This document shows positions 13,325-25,488 of a stretch of DNA of 64,000 bases, piece after piece (position 1 is the first letter of the stretch; each line of letters starts with the position of its first letter). This DNA comes from Selaginella moellendorffii (Eukaryota > Plantae > Lycopodiophyta), in contig NW_003314333.1 in assembly GCF_000143415.4 (NCBI RefSeq), positions 695,207-759,206 on the forward strand. The letters are read 5' to 3'. A program made the translations under genes and the position numbers. The notes below the pieces were generated by a model. It searched no databases. It saw nothing but the letters and a program-made list of their open reading frames with translations, and was not told the DNA's origin.

Positions 13325-15568
13325 GGATGCTCCAGAATTATGATACATAATTAAATTGCTTAGTATGAAAGTTTGGCATATCTAATTTAAACACTCTCAT
13401 GCAAATGGCATTAAGGATGTGGTGAATAAGATAGAGACACTCAATCTCTATTGCTATGGACCCTTGGCCAGAAGGGTTAGCTTAGGTGCATTGCCAAATA
13501 TAAGGGATGCCTCTAGAATTATGGTTAACAACTTAAAGGTCTGGCAAACTTAATGCCTATTGGTAAACACGTAAGGTATCAATGTGAGATCATTAAGTAA
13601 TCCTATAGCTAAAGAAAAACAAACTCCTTATTAGGTCAAAGAATAAAGTTTTTAGTTTAGAGTGTTGATTTGAACTATTAGTAATAGTGTGACTTGGTCA
13701 AAGTGACTAAATGGGAAAGACACATAGGTGAAATGAATTATGATATTACAATGGTATTATAAATTTAATAAATTAGTCTTTAAGGAAATACCTATAGAAA
13801 AGTCACAAGGTTGCGCTATAGATAAAGCCTCTAGTAGAAAATGATAAAGATATTTATTAAGGATAAACACCCTCTACATTTGGCAAAACAAAGCCTTTAC
13901 TATGGAACCAAAAAAATACCTTAAGGATGGAGGTAATGATCCTATATTACTTAATGTAATAATCAAAGGATAAGAGCAAAAGAGTAATGACCAAGAATGG
14001 GTTATAAAAATTATTGGAAGGAATCCAAATGATAAATTATTTGAGGAACACCCATATAGTGGATACTAATGGATTGTGAGAAAAGAAATATATTATTAAG
14101 GATGGATTTTTTCAAATGCTTTAATGTGGTGAAGATGAAAGTTCTAAGAGATGGAACAACAAAGTAGCTAAATAACATAGATAGCCGTAACACAAATTAT
14201 GGATGAATGAAAATTAATACCTATAGTGGCACAAAATAAAAGAGAGGATGATGGTGCCCTTAAGTAAAGGATTTCCTAGGATATGAAAGTAGAGTTTGGG
14301 CAATATGTGTAATACAAGGTGTTGGAGATACTGAGAAAATTGACTTATGAAATCAATATCAAAGTTCCAAAGTATGATAGTTATATTAATAGAGGTTGAG
14401 ACTACTTCGGAATGAATAGTAAAATTGAGATAGAGAAGGTGTTTCTAACGGGTTTAGTGAAAGCTAAACAAAAGGAAGAAGAGAACCACCACAAGTGATC
14501 TTATAAATCTCTAAGATGAAGAAACCATACTCCTTAGAGGATGGGAAAGGCATGGTGAGCCTTTGGTGGCAAACCTTTGATAAATATTAGCTTAGTGTCA
14601 AAGATGAAAATGGTAATCCATAATGGGGTTACTTTATAAAAAGATTTATTGTTCAATGAGGATATTAAACTTCATCTATGGGTGGTGGAGTTGTAAGACA
14701 CAAATCCTTAAGTCCCAAAGTAGAGTTGAAACTATATTATATGGTAGTGATCGAAATGGAAGTTTAACAAGTGTAACACATTAAGACCAAAAGCTCTGAC
14801 TTGGGAAGTTAAGAATAGGAGTGGAACTCCAAATGAAGTGCTTGAAGAATAAGTAAGAAGCAATTGATGAATGAGTCTTTAGAAAAGGACACAAAAAGGA
14901 CTAACATATGGTAAGTGTCGTGACACATGGTAAGTGTCATAACACTTGGAAGTGTCAAAACCAAGTCTAAGATAAAATTCGAAATAGAGTCCGATATAGA
15001 GTTTGAGATAAAGTTTGAGAAGGAGTTTGAGATGAAATCTAAGATGGAGTCCAAGAAGGAATACAAGATGGAGACCAAGACCGGGTCTAATATCAAGGCT
15101 AAAATTGAGACTAAGACAAAAATTAAATCCAAATCCAAATCTAAATCTAATTACTAATACAAGTCAAAAGGTGAAAGCCCAAAGTGATCATCCCCCAAGG
15201 GGAGGGCGGGGTCTTGAAAGATTCTAAAAGTATAGTAAAGAGAATGTAGGGGTTGGACTCTAGTGGAACCAATTTGGCCAAGAAAGGCTAGTGTAATCTA
15301 GGAAGGTTATACCCACATGATGGGTGATAATATAACTATTAAAGAGTCCAAAGTTAGAGTGAACACAGACAGACAAGTAAAGTAACTTAGTGAAGTGTTT
15401 AAAAGTTAACTCTAACTCCCCTAAGAGATCTAATGGTCAATTCTCCTAATCCAAGTGTAAGTGGCATTATGTACTTGGATACCTGGTATAGCTCATTAGA
15501 CTTTGTTTTAGCCACTTGGCTAGGGCACCCAAAAGCATAAGGTGAGGGGAGTACTTATGGAGGCTCAT
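13325..15568 (+). mobile_element. Old family-A copy: 3' internal region plus 5' part of 3' LTR (LTR starts 14692; continues at 23662-23880)
   Basis: Colinear with 39725-42240 of copy 2; PPT ATGGGTGGTGGAGT before TGTAAGACAC; heavy G>A erosion. Confidence 0.85.
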
Positions 15569-15785
15569 TGTAATATATATGATCATAGAATGAGATTTAA
15601 ATATACTATCACTGTGGATCCTTAGAACTTTAAAGAATAAATAAGGATTAAATAGCTACTAAAGGCTCTTTTATTAAACAATTAACCATTTTCTAGTTAG
15701 TTTAAGGGGAGAGATATAAAGTGTTCAATAAACTAAGAAAAAATTTATTAGGTATTATTGAAATTTATATACAAGAACAAACTAA

Positions 15786-16439
15786 CTAAGTTTGGTTGAT
15801 GAGGTCCCTGAGCTGCTGAATGAGCTTGGGATTGATCTGGAATGCCCTCTCGATGACAGCGTCATAAATGGGAGGATTTGATGCAAACACGGCTTTGGCT
15901 ACCTGGGTGACACTAGGATTCTGGGAGTTGAATCCCGCAAGAGCAACAGCCGGTGTCTTCCCAACGTTGAGCTGGAAGTGAATGAGACCACGCGGAAACA
16001 CAAAGAGATCCCCTGGATGCAAAGTTTGAGCGAAGAGTGTATTGTTGGTGGTGCTCACGAATCCAACATAGAGAGTTCCTTGCTGGAGGAAGAGGAGCTC
16101 GGTTCCTCGGGGGTGGACATGAGGGGGATTGACACCATATGGAGCATAATCAATCCTTGCAAAAGAGACTCCAAGAGTGTTGATTCCCGGGAATACGCCA
16201 ACATTTGCATTGGTGACTATGGATCCGAGCTTGTTGTTGGTGTTCCCGGGGTTCCTGAGTCCCTGGAACATGAAATCACTGGCTAGAGTTGCTGCAGCAG
16301 GCTTGCAAGTGAATCCATTGACGATGGTGCTGCTGTTTCCGTTGCAGACACAGAAATCCTGGAGGGCATCTTCATCTGATCCATGGACGAAAGCAATGGC
16401 ACAAATGGCAACTAGACAAATGGCTAACTTGTAAGACAT
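15786..16439 (-). CDS. Germin-like protein (cupin), secreted
   Basis: Signal peptide, QDFCV motif, germin box 1 GVNPPHVHPRGTE and box 2 GDLFVFPRGLIHFQLN; intact 217 aa ORF; TATA-like CTATATAAA ~90 bp upstream. Confidence 0.95.
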   Translation of the reverse strand: MSYKLAICLVAICAIAFVHGSDEDALQDFCVCNGNSSTIVNGFTCKPAAATLASDFMFQGLRNPGNTNNKLGSIVTNANVGVFPGINTLGVSFARIDYAPYGVNPPHVHPRGTELLFLQQGTLYVGFVSTTNNTLFAQTLHPGDLFVFPRGLIHFQLNVGKTPAVALAGFNSQNPSVTQVAKAVFASNPPIYDAVIERAFQINPKLIQQLRDLINQT

Positions 16440-16779
16440 GTTGTATCTTCACATAGATTTTGTGTTGTGATGCTACTTAATTGATGAAGAATTGAGTGAG
16501 GAGAAATGTGGAGGTCGCTGGAGTTTATATAGTACTCCAAATCTGACTTGGTCATTTTACTGGAACAGAGAACACGTTAACCAGACTTGATCAGATGTTA
16601 CATTCTATTTATCTTCCGAGGAAAGAACCAAGAAGAAGTGGACCAAGAACTGTTCCTTGAAAACGTTGTAAGGATTGATTTGGGAGGGCCATTCATACAA
16701 ACGCTGTCCATTTGACAGCTGTGAGGCTCAACAAGCTGAACCACAAGTCACAGCCGTGAGAGTTTTTGATTCGTCCTAA

Positions 16780-17560
16780 ATAGGGAAATGGTAGCGCCAT
16801 GTGTCACTCAAGGACTTTCCGCCGGCTCGGATCAGGTGAGTGATCAAGCCTCTATTGTTTCTGTGATCTTTTTCCTGCAGGAGTGTTGCGATGTTCCCCA
16901 GGAATTATAAAAGGAGGCCTGAGCTTAGCTTGTGACTCACTGTGTGGATTTTGCTCTGTTTTGATTCTGATCAATGGTGCCTGCAAAGTGGGAAGAAAAA
17001 GAAGAACAGTGTCCAGCATACACGCTCACGAAAAAGATAAGGACGAGAGCGGAAAATAATCCAACGTCTCCTCTCGAGACTGGGATGAGGACTAAACTCG
17101 AATTGATCAATCCATTTTCTTAGCACGATATTCGGCTGCACAGGTGGAAAAATCTGTACTGTGCTGCATCGTTTCTTCTGGCGAGTCGAGTGTCCCATGG
17201 CCAAATGCGCTGGTGGCGGTTTAAGCTCAGCGTGCCTTTCAGCGATGATCTCAGAACCTGGTTATTCGAGCTTGATGTATATGGGAAGAGCACCATGGGA
17301 CATCAGATAGCTGGGTTAACTGGGAAAAGTACTCGCTTGAAGGTCAAATAATTAGAGTCTATTGTCAGCGATTTGTAAGCTTCTTGCAGAAGACCACAGT
17401 AAGTGGACGGCTGGAATGCCCGATCTTCTGCTGTGGAAGGAGCAGCTGGCCGAAGTCAAGGGTCCAGGGGTCGCTTGTCCGAGCAATAGGTGGCCTGGTT
17501 TCTTATTCTCTCGGACGCTAATTTTCCAGTGGAACTTTGCAAGGTCTCACATGTGGTGTC
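16780..17560 (+). pseudogene. FAN1: Fragment of Fanconi-associated nuclease 1-like (VRR-NUC) gene
   Basis: WEEHHGT..VNWEKYSL and DHSKWTAGMPDLLLW..LAEVKGP, then frameshifted RLSEQ*; only the C-terminal part is present. Left boundary approximate. Confidence 0.75.
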
Positions 17561-17689
17561 ACTTGTGGACATTAACTTCTTTAGATTGAATCTTTTTCTA
17601 TACTTCGGCGAGACGCACGCGCAGAGGTATTTAGAACACTTCTTTGACTTGTATGTGAATTCTTTCCTTCAGGCTTTGAATTTCTGAGG

Positions 17690-18284
17690 TCAAGACATGA
17701 CAACGAGAAGCTTCTACAGAAGGCCCTTTTGCAACACCAACCAAGAATCGAACCACGTCCGCTTCAAGCTCCTGGTTTGCATGAGTTACCTTTCCAAGAT
17801 GCTTTTAGACAGGGAGAGTGATAGAGACGAGAAGAAGTTGCAAACCCGCGGCAGAGCAGATACCAGGCTTACATTTATGACTTCAATTCCATCATAACAG
17901 GCTGCGTCCAGTCTCCGGACAGTGATCAAGAACAGCCCGACCAGGAAGTATTTAGCGTGCTCAGCGAGTGCGCCAGAGAGAGCAGTAGCCACCAGCAACT
18001 CGGCACAGGTTTACTTTATGGGCCATGACTTCCACACTTCTCGGTCGTGCATCCGGGCCTTGAACTCGCCAACGGTCGAGCCTTCGGGAAACTCAAGAAC
18101 CTGCTCTCGACCATTTCCAGCTCCGAGTCGATGCAGTGCGCAGGCATCGCCACTGCGTCGTTCAAACAAAGCCATCAACCAGCAAGCACAATCCAAGAAA
18201 GGAATGGGAGCTCTAAACCTCCCTCTCGTAAATGTACGAGTCCATGAACAACTGCTGCTCCTCGAGATGTTCTTCTGGCGGCAT
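17690..18284 (-). CDS. Unknown small gene or gene fragment, possibly with a ubiquitin-like segment
   Basis: GC-richer coding-like stretch; peptide VLEFPEGSTVGEFKARMH resembles a Ubl strand-helix; exon structure not resolved. Confidence 0.3.
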
Positions 18285-18366
18285 GACTATAGGAGGTTAT
18301 GAATGTTTAGGTTAGTTTAACTTTCAATACTATAATTAATGGCTGTTATAACTAAACACAAGACCT

Positions 18367-18475
18367 ATGGCTGCTAAGTTTATGAGAACTTGGATCAATT
18401 ACGCTGGTTTTATACCAAAGTCGTTAGTGCCACCCGTGAACATATTGACTTGCCATGAACTCCCTAAGAAGTTTC
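18367..18475 (-). promoter_or_regulatory. Duplicated chitinase promoter/5' UTR remnant
   Basis: Aligns with 19303-19415 (GCTGCTAA..GTTTATGAGAACTTG, GGTTTTATAC, GCCACCCGTGAACATATTGACT). Confidence 0.75.
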
Positions 18476-18507
18476 TTACTTATTTCGAAATATTATGGAT
18501 TTTTAGC

Positions 18508-19304
18508 TTAAGCACAACCAAGGTTTTCACCTGGTGAAACACCCAACTGTGAGCAGAAGTCCCTGTAATAATTGATACGGTTTTGTGCTGGTTGTGTCTC
18601 ACTGCCCCTGCCACACTCTACCGCTCCATTGATGGCTCGAATTGTAGCTCCAAATCCTTGATTCTGTGTTATTGCGGTGTGGCAATTCGAGTTTTGCATC
18701 CAAAACCACACTGATGCCCTCCATGCAAGTAAGCCATTCTGAGCAACTTGGTCTGGGTTCTGGAGAAGGTTCATATTGAAAGCCCTTCCCGCGGCATCAT
18801 AGTTGTAATTCCTGCAGATGAAATTTTGGATTTGTACTGCATACGTTTTTCATTTCTAACTTACCAAGTGAGCTGCAGAGGACCTCTTCCATAATAAGCC
18901 ATATCGCCTGCCGGACATGAAACTCCACCTCTAGTGTCACAATAGACGTTGTTTTGGTTGATCTCTCGAATGAATTGCAGTGCTACAATCAAGTAGAAAA
19001 ACTTCAAGACATTAGTGAGAAATGGATTTTGCTATGTAAAATTACTTCCAGTCTCCTGCTTCACATTTGCAAAGTACGCAGCCAGTTCCCTCCTTTGAAC
19101 ATCAAGACTCCCTGTGCTTCCAAAAGCAGGAAAGCCATTTGCTGCAGCAATGAAATCACTATAGGTGTAGAAAGGATTGGCAACATTGGATGGGAAGAAC
19201 TGCCTAAACACAGACTCGGTTATGATGCTAGATGGGTTTGCTAGTGTGGGGGAGGGAGATCCAATGCAAAGTATAAAAGATATGATGATTGCTGCAAAAG
19301 CCAT
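18508..19304 (-). CDS. GH19 chitinase without chitin-binding domain; exons 19304-19046, 18982-18865, 18811-18508
   Basis: Signal peptide; RELAAYFANVKQETG, FIRE, YYGRGPLQLTWNYNY, WFW and GFGATIRAINGAVEC motifs; GT-AG introns restore the frame. Confidence 0.95.
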
Positions 19305-20424
19305 GGCTGCTAAAGTTTATGAGAACTTGAATGAATTTGGGTTGGTTTTATACTCTTGAAGCCACCCGTGAACATATTGACTAAAATGCCGTGTTGATGG
19401 AAACTTCCTAAGATGGAAGGTGTCTTTTATTGACTTTTCAAAATACTTTTGATTGAGGTTATGATCTTCTGTTTAAAGGTATAATATCTAGTTTCACAAT
19501 ACATTTTTATATCTAGAAATAAAATACCAATTTATACAGTTATCAATCTTAGTAAATAGAAATTAAATTTATTTTAATTAGAAAATTTTTAAAATGGAAT
19601 TTTTTGCATGATTTTTAGCTAGAATACCCTGGGACATTCAAAGATATTTATTCATCTACTGGTTGCTAGTTATTTAGATTAATATTATATTTATAGTTTA
19701 TAAATATATTATGATATCTTTATATTTACTAAGAAAGTATATCATCACTATTGGCAATGACATAAATTGAAATTTAAACTCAAGACCTACTATACACATA
19801 AAAGGGATTATTATGAATCTATACTAAAATTAAGTTTCTAGATTAAGTCATGAATTTATACTAAAATTATATTTCTATATTAGCTAGAGGTTGGATCAAA
19901 GCCTTTATATAAATAGAGTTTTGATAATTTTGTATTAGAGTGTTTAACATAAGTTTAACTTTTCTTTTCCATTTTTTATTATTTTATTAATAGTTTAATC
20001 ATCTCCCTTCCTCTCAATAGCAATTTTTTAACAGTTTAAACATTTTGAAATCAATGATTTTCTCAAATTTGTTTTTTCAGCTCTAGTTAAATCAGAATAC
20101 TCTATAGAAGTCATACCAAGCATTAAGAGCAATCCAATACTATACTTAATTTGCAGCTCTACTAAATTATCAACACCAATTGATTTAAAACCAAAATTTG
20201 GTATGCCAAAAAAGTTTGATGCACATGGTCCAAATTTCATAACTTCCTTAGCCAAGTCAGATTTCGAAGTGCCATGCAACTTGATTGATATTCCATAACA
20301 TAAAATCATTTTTTATTTTCTATTATTTTAATATTTTAATAGTATTTTCATTTTTTTGATATAAAATTATTCAAATAGTTCATTGTGAAGTATAATATAT
20401 TAAATCCAAATTTAAAACTCTCAC

Positions 20425-21205
20425 TGTGAGTGCATGAAATATGGAAAGGGAATACAGAAAATGTGTACAACAATTAGCCCAAAAACCCTAGCTTATATAC
20501 AGGAGCGAATAGTCTGGATAGAAACCAATCTGATGGCTACTAAAATCCCACTATGCTAATATTAATATACGGCATCGTAGCCATATACTTAGACCTCATA
20601 TCATCCCCTCCTCTTAGAATAATGGAAGACCATCAGGGTTCTCTCATAGATGGGCTGGGATCTGGAGGAACGTCAGGAGGAGGCATTAGCAGGTCTGTAG
20701 GTGGTATCAGTTGTTCTTGATCCTTTTGTATGAAGCATTTCAACTGTTGCATATGTATAATTTCTGGAGGATCGGCCTGCTGGATGTCATGCCGAACCTC
20801 ATAAACTTGTGGTTCAACTTGCCACAACACCCGATATGGTCTTTTCCACTGAGCAAGGAGCCCCTTACATAAACCACGTACCATAAGATGGGGAAAATAA
20901 ACTAACACTAAGTCATCCACTTTGTACTCCACAGGTGAATGATGATGGGAGTTGTAGCGCCATTGTTGTCCCACTTGTATGCAGTTTAAATGTTCAATAG
21001 ACTCTACTTAGACAAGTGGAAGAATGCTCATCAAATACTGATTCCACGACCTAACATTAGTAATTAGTGGCAATTGCAAAGGTAAACCCAGCTCTGTTAA
21101 TAATATTGGATCATGACCATATAGGAGTTTATATAGTGAAGCACTAATAAAGCTCTGCACCCCTGTGACATATGCATACCGAAGAGACGGCAAATAACCA
21201 TCCCA
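20425..21205 (-). mobile_element. 3' fragment of a Ty3/gypsy element: integrase C-terminus, PPT and short LTR (20425-20600)
   Basis: LRYAYVT..SLYKLLYGHDP and YKVDDLVLV..LLAQWKRPYRV..YEV (integrase GPY/F-like tail); PPT AAGAGGAGGGGATGA; LTR resembles 31507-31689. Confidence 0.8.
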
Positions 21206-23055
21206 ATATGGGGAACAACCTTCTCCAATATCCCTTTTTTAGTCCTCACTAAGTCCCTTTTTGTTCATGGCCATGTTTACCAACACTGCCATTGAGTCAA
21301 GGCCTACAGGCCCAAACACTAAGTCCCACTGTTCTTTAGAACTTCCTCAACATGTGGCTATATCCTTAGTCACTACACCAGAGGACTTCTCCTCTTTCTT
21401 TCCATAGTTTGAGACTTCGGGATAACATTTCGAAACACCGTAGCCTTACGCGAACTTACTCTCCCCACCTTCCACCTTTGGGTGCTCTAGCCATGGGGCT
21501 AGAGCGAGATTTTGTTGAGCCATGCCAAGTATCCAAGTAACCCACGCTTGGACTGGGATCATCGACCATTTGATCTCCCAGGGGAGCTAGTTCCAGCTCT
21601 TGAACACTTCACCAAGCTACCCCGCTTGTCTGTTTGTATTCACTTTAACTTTGAACTCTTCAATAGAGATATCATCACCCAAGACATGGGCATAGCCTTC
21701 TTAGGTCACATTGGCCTTTCCTAACTAAATTGGCTCCACTAGGGCTTAACCCCCACACTCTCCCTACTATACTTTTAGAACCCCCTGCAGCCCCCCTTTG
21801 GAGGACGATTGCTTTGGGCTTTCACCCAACAGCCTGTATTAGTATTTGGACTTAGAGTCGGGCTGGGACTCAGACTCAAACTCGAATGCAGACTTGGACT
21901 CGGTCTCAGACTCGGACTCGGTCTCGGTCTCAAACTCCATCTTGGGTCCATCCCAGACTCCATCTCAGACCCATCCCAGACTCCATTTTGGACTCCATCT
22001 TGAATCCATTCTGGACTCCATCTTGAGTCCATCTTGGACTCCATCTCGGGTCCATTTTAGACTCCATTTTGGACTCTATCTCGGGTCCATCTTGGGTCCA
22101 CCTTGGACTCCTTCTCGGACTCTATTTCAAACTCCTTCTTGGACACTTTCATGTATCATGTGTTGGTCCTCTTGTGTCCCTTTTCTAGAGACTTACTTAT
22201 TGTTCGCTTCATACTTGTTCCTCAAGCACTTTGTTGGGAGTTCCACTCCCACTCTTGACCTTTCAAGTCGGAGCTTTTAGTCCAAACATATTATGCTTGT
22301 TTAGCTTTTGCTTTGGCCACCACTATGTGGTGCCCTTTTGGCTCCACTTTGGGGCTTAGGGATTTGTATTTCACAACTCCACCACCTATAGACGAAGTTT
22401 AATGTCCTCATCAAAAGATAAACTATTTTATAAAGTAATATTAACATGTATTACCCTTTCCATCCTTGGCACCTAGCCTAATGGTTTGACACCGAAGGCT
22501 CACCATGCCTTGTCCATCCTCTAAAGAGCATAAGCTTTCCAACTTAAAAGACTCATTTGACCATTTGTGGTGGTTCTCTCTTTGTATTGGTTTAGTTCTC
22601 ATTAAACCTGTTAGAGATACCTTTTCTATCTCAATTTCACTACTCATTCTTGAGTAATTTTAGTTCCCATTGATATAACCTTTGCATTTTGGAACTTTTA
22701 ATTTTGACTTCTCGGAGTCAATTTCGTGGGTATCTCTAACACCTTGTATTACACATTTTGTGCAACTCCACTTCCCCATCTTAGGAAGTTCTTTACTCAA
22801 GGGCACCATCATCCTCTTTTCTATTTTGTACTACCTTTGGCACTACGTTCTAGTTATTATAATTTATGCTAGGGCTTTCCACAGCCCTATCATTTGGCTA
22901 CTGCTCCCTCCCTTGGAATTTCCACCTTCACCAAATCAGAGCAATTAGGAATCTATCTTTGGAAACACATTGCCTTCCCACAATCCGTTAGAATCCAACA
23001 CATTAGTGTTCCTAGCCTAACTTTGCCATTTGGGTTCTGTCCCATGATTCCCATG
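21206..23055 (-). mobile_element. Truncated family-A fragment (partial LTR to 22375 plus 3' internal region)
   Basis: Colinear with ~5600-7720. Confidence 0.85.
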
Positions 23056-24169
23056 TTACATGTGGTATCAAAATAAATGATATGGGTTCGATTGCCATTG
23101 ATTAATGGCTACTTAAAATATATACCCTTGAGTAAAGTATATTCTTACCCCTAAATTTGAAATCGTATGTATTAAGCATCCATGAGTATGTCCTTTGTTT
23201 TATAGAGCACCTATGGATGAAGGTATCCACTCAAGACTACAGTACAAGTGGATGATTAGTTGTCTCACATAGAATAACTAATCTACATAATGGAAGAATT
23301 AGTAAATTCAGTGCAAAAATAAAAGTGTTAGTTCCCTTTGGTTCAATAATGGTTGTTAGTTAGTAATTAATAAAGACAATAACTAGTTTACACAATGAAA
23401 TGATTGGTAAATTTAATGCGGAAATAGAAGTGTTAGTTCCTCTTGACTTAATAATAGTTGTTAATCAGTAGTTAATAAAGACTTTGACATCTCTGAAGTG
23501 GGGGTGAGTGTAGCACATATGATTATGGGATGAAATTTAGATATACTATCACCATAAATCCTTAGAACCTTGGGGGATAAATAGGGATAAAATAGCCATT
23601 AAAAGCTTTTTCATCAAGTAATTATGCCTTTTCCAATTAGCTTAAGGGGGGGTGCATTACACTCACATAGAGCTATAATGTTTCAAAATGTCGTCCCAAA
23701 GCCTTGGATTGTGAAAAAGAAGAAAAGCAATCCTCTTGTGTTATAGTGAGGAAGTTGCAAAGCCAATGGGATTTAGTGATCGTGCCTTTAGGCCCTAACG
23801 TAGTGGTGGTATTGGTGAGCATTGTTGTGGATAGAAAAGGACTTAATAAGGACCGAAAAAGGGATATTTGGGGTGGGGATAATTATAATTTTTAAGATGG
23901 GGAATGATTTTCTTTTAAGCCATTCCTATATTGAAGATTCCAACTTTCCAAGAAGCTTATGGACAAAAAAATATAATAATGACTATAATTTTTCTTAGTA
24001 GTTTATATACTAAGTTTTAGTTTTGAGAATGAAGTTTATTTTTTATTTTTATTTTTATTTATTACTAGTCATTCCAATACTCTAAATTATTGAAATATTA
24101 GTCTTGAAAATGAGACTTCATAATCATAGCTTATGAATAGATAAACTTCTAGAATTTTAAACAACTCCC

Positions 24170-24890
24170 ATAAACTCCCATAAGCACCTAGTGGGGATTC
24201 ACAAATACACACCTAGTAGGGATTCACCACAAGGATATACCTTGCTCTTCTTATATGGGAGGATTGTGAAATAGAATTTTTCATATGAATTAATATATAA
24301 ATTACAAATACCATAGAAAGTTTTATAAAGTAGATTTATTAGTGCCTTTTACCATATTGTTCATTTCTTCATTTTTTTTACTCTAAACTATTATTTTGGA
24401 CATACTAAGAGCATTTTTATCAATAGTGATAATGGTTATCACATTCCTAGATAGGTAATAAAAACTAGGACCAAGGTTTTGAAACTATGATCTAGATACA
24501 AGATCAAAGTCACTTGGTTTGAAGTAAAGAAAGTCAGCAAACCAACATGTGTGACTTTATGTCAAGGTCTTTTATAAAATTAAGAATAAATAAAAGATAC
24601 TATAGAATATTTTTCATTACTTTTGTATTCATATGTATGAACATATAGGGATGAATTCTTCTTGCCCTTCTCTTCTTACTCACTCATCAAAAAGATTGTC
24701 CCATATTAAAAACAAGCCAAAGTTTCCTCACCAGCAAATGCTCTTGTCGAGCTCCACTTCCTCTCTCAATCAGGCACAGAAAGAAGCTTGAAGTGGTAAT
24801 CATGCAATCTCAACATCCCTAGTCCTACCCACAATACTAATTAATGTGTTGTGTGTGCTATACCAAGGTGTCAATAGCAAGTACTCTAGT
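24170..24890. repeat. Local segmental duplication; second copy at ~26421-26618 joined to 30598-31108
   Basis: Near-identical stretches (e.g. GGACCAAGGTTTTGAAACTATGATCTAGATACAA); the second copy is interrupted by the element at 26619-30597. Confidence 0.85.
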
Positions 24891-24956
24891 ATATTCATAA
24901 TCATAGCTTATGAATAGGAGAACTTCTAGAATTTTAAATTATCATTTATACATATA

Positions 24957-25488
24957 TGTAATATATGTGATTATAGGATGAGATTTAGATATACTATCAC
25001 CACAGATCTTTAGAACTTTAGGGGATAAGTGGGGATAAAATAGCCATTAAGGGCTTTCTCATTTAGCAATTGCCCCTTTTCCAATTAGTTTAAGAGGAGA
25101 GAGATAGGGTGCATTACATATGGTATGTGGTATTGATTAATGGCTATTTATATTCCTACCCCTAAATTTGAAATCATATATATTAGGCCACCATGCATAT
25201 ATCTTTCCTTTGTATAGACAAAAGTATCCACCATGAGAGTGTGGTATAGGTGGATGATTAGTTGCCTTGCATGGAATGGAATAAAAGGATTAGTAAATTT
25301 AGTGTGGAAATAAAGGTATTAGTTCCTCTTAGCTCAGTAGGGGTTGTTAATAAATAGTCAAAGAGGACATTGATATCTCCAGAGAGGAAGGTGAGTGTAA
25401 CATACATGATCATGAGATGAGATTTAGATATACTTTCACTGTGGATCTTTAAAACCTTAGGGGATGAATGAGGATAAAATAGCCATTT
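24957..25488 (+). mobile_element. TRIM family B copy (5' LTR 24957-25118, internal region, truncated 3' LTR from 25396)
   Basis: TGTAAT...CATTACA LTR, TGGTAT PBS-like motif, purine tract AGAGAGGAAGGTGAG. Confidence 0.75.

Larger units (their letters stand above)
15569..23661 (+). mobile_element. TRIM (family B), split by a ~7.3 kb insertion: 5' LTR 15569-~15725, LTR tail/PBS/internal region 23056-23508, 3' LTR 23509-23661
   Basis: ~160-bp LTR family also found at 24957-25118 and 25396-25488; PBS TGGTATCAAA at 23063; PPT GAAGTGGGGGTGAG; TSD CTCAT/CTCAC (15564-15568, 23662-23666); host family-A LTR is continuous across it. Confidence 0.75.

Noticed and set aside
20028-20309. AT-rich 93-aa ORF
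   Set aside because: No recognisable motif; short ORF in low-complexity AT-rich DNA, so it cannot be supported without a search.
15726-23053. Helitron as carrier of the germin/chitinase block
   Set aside because: No A|TC...CTRR|T junction or subterminal hairpin found; the right end is truncated gypsy sequence.
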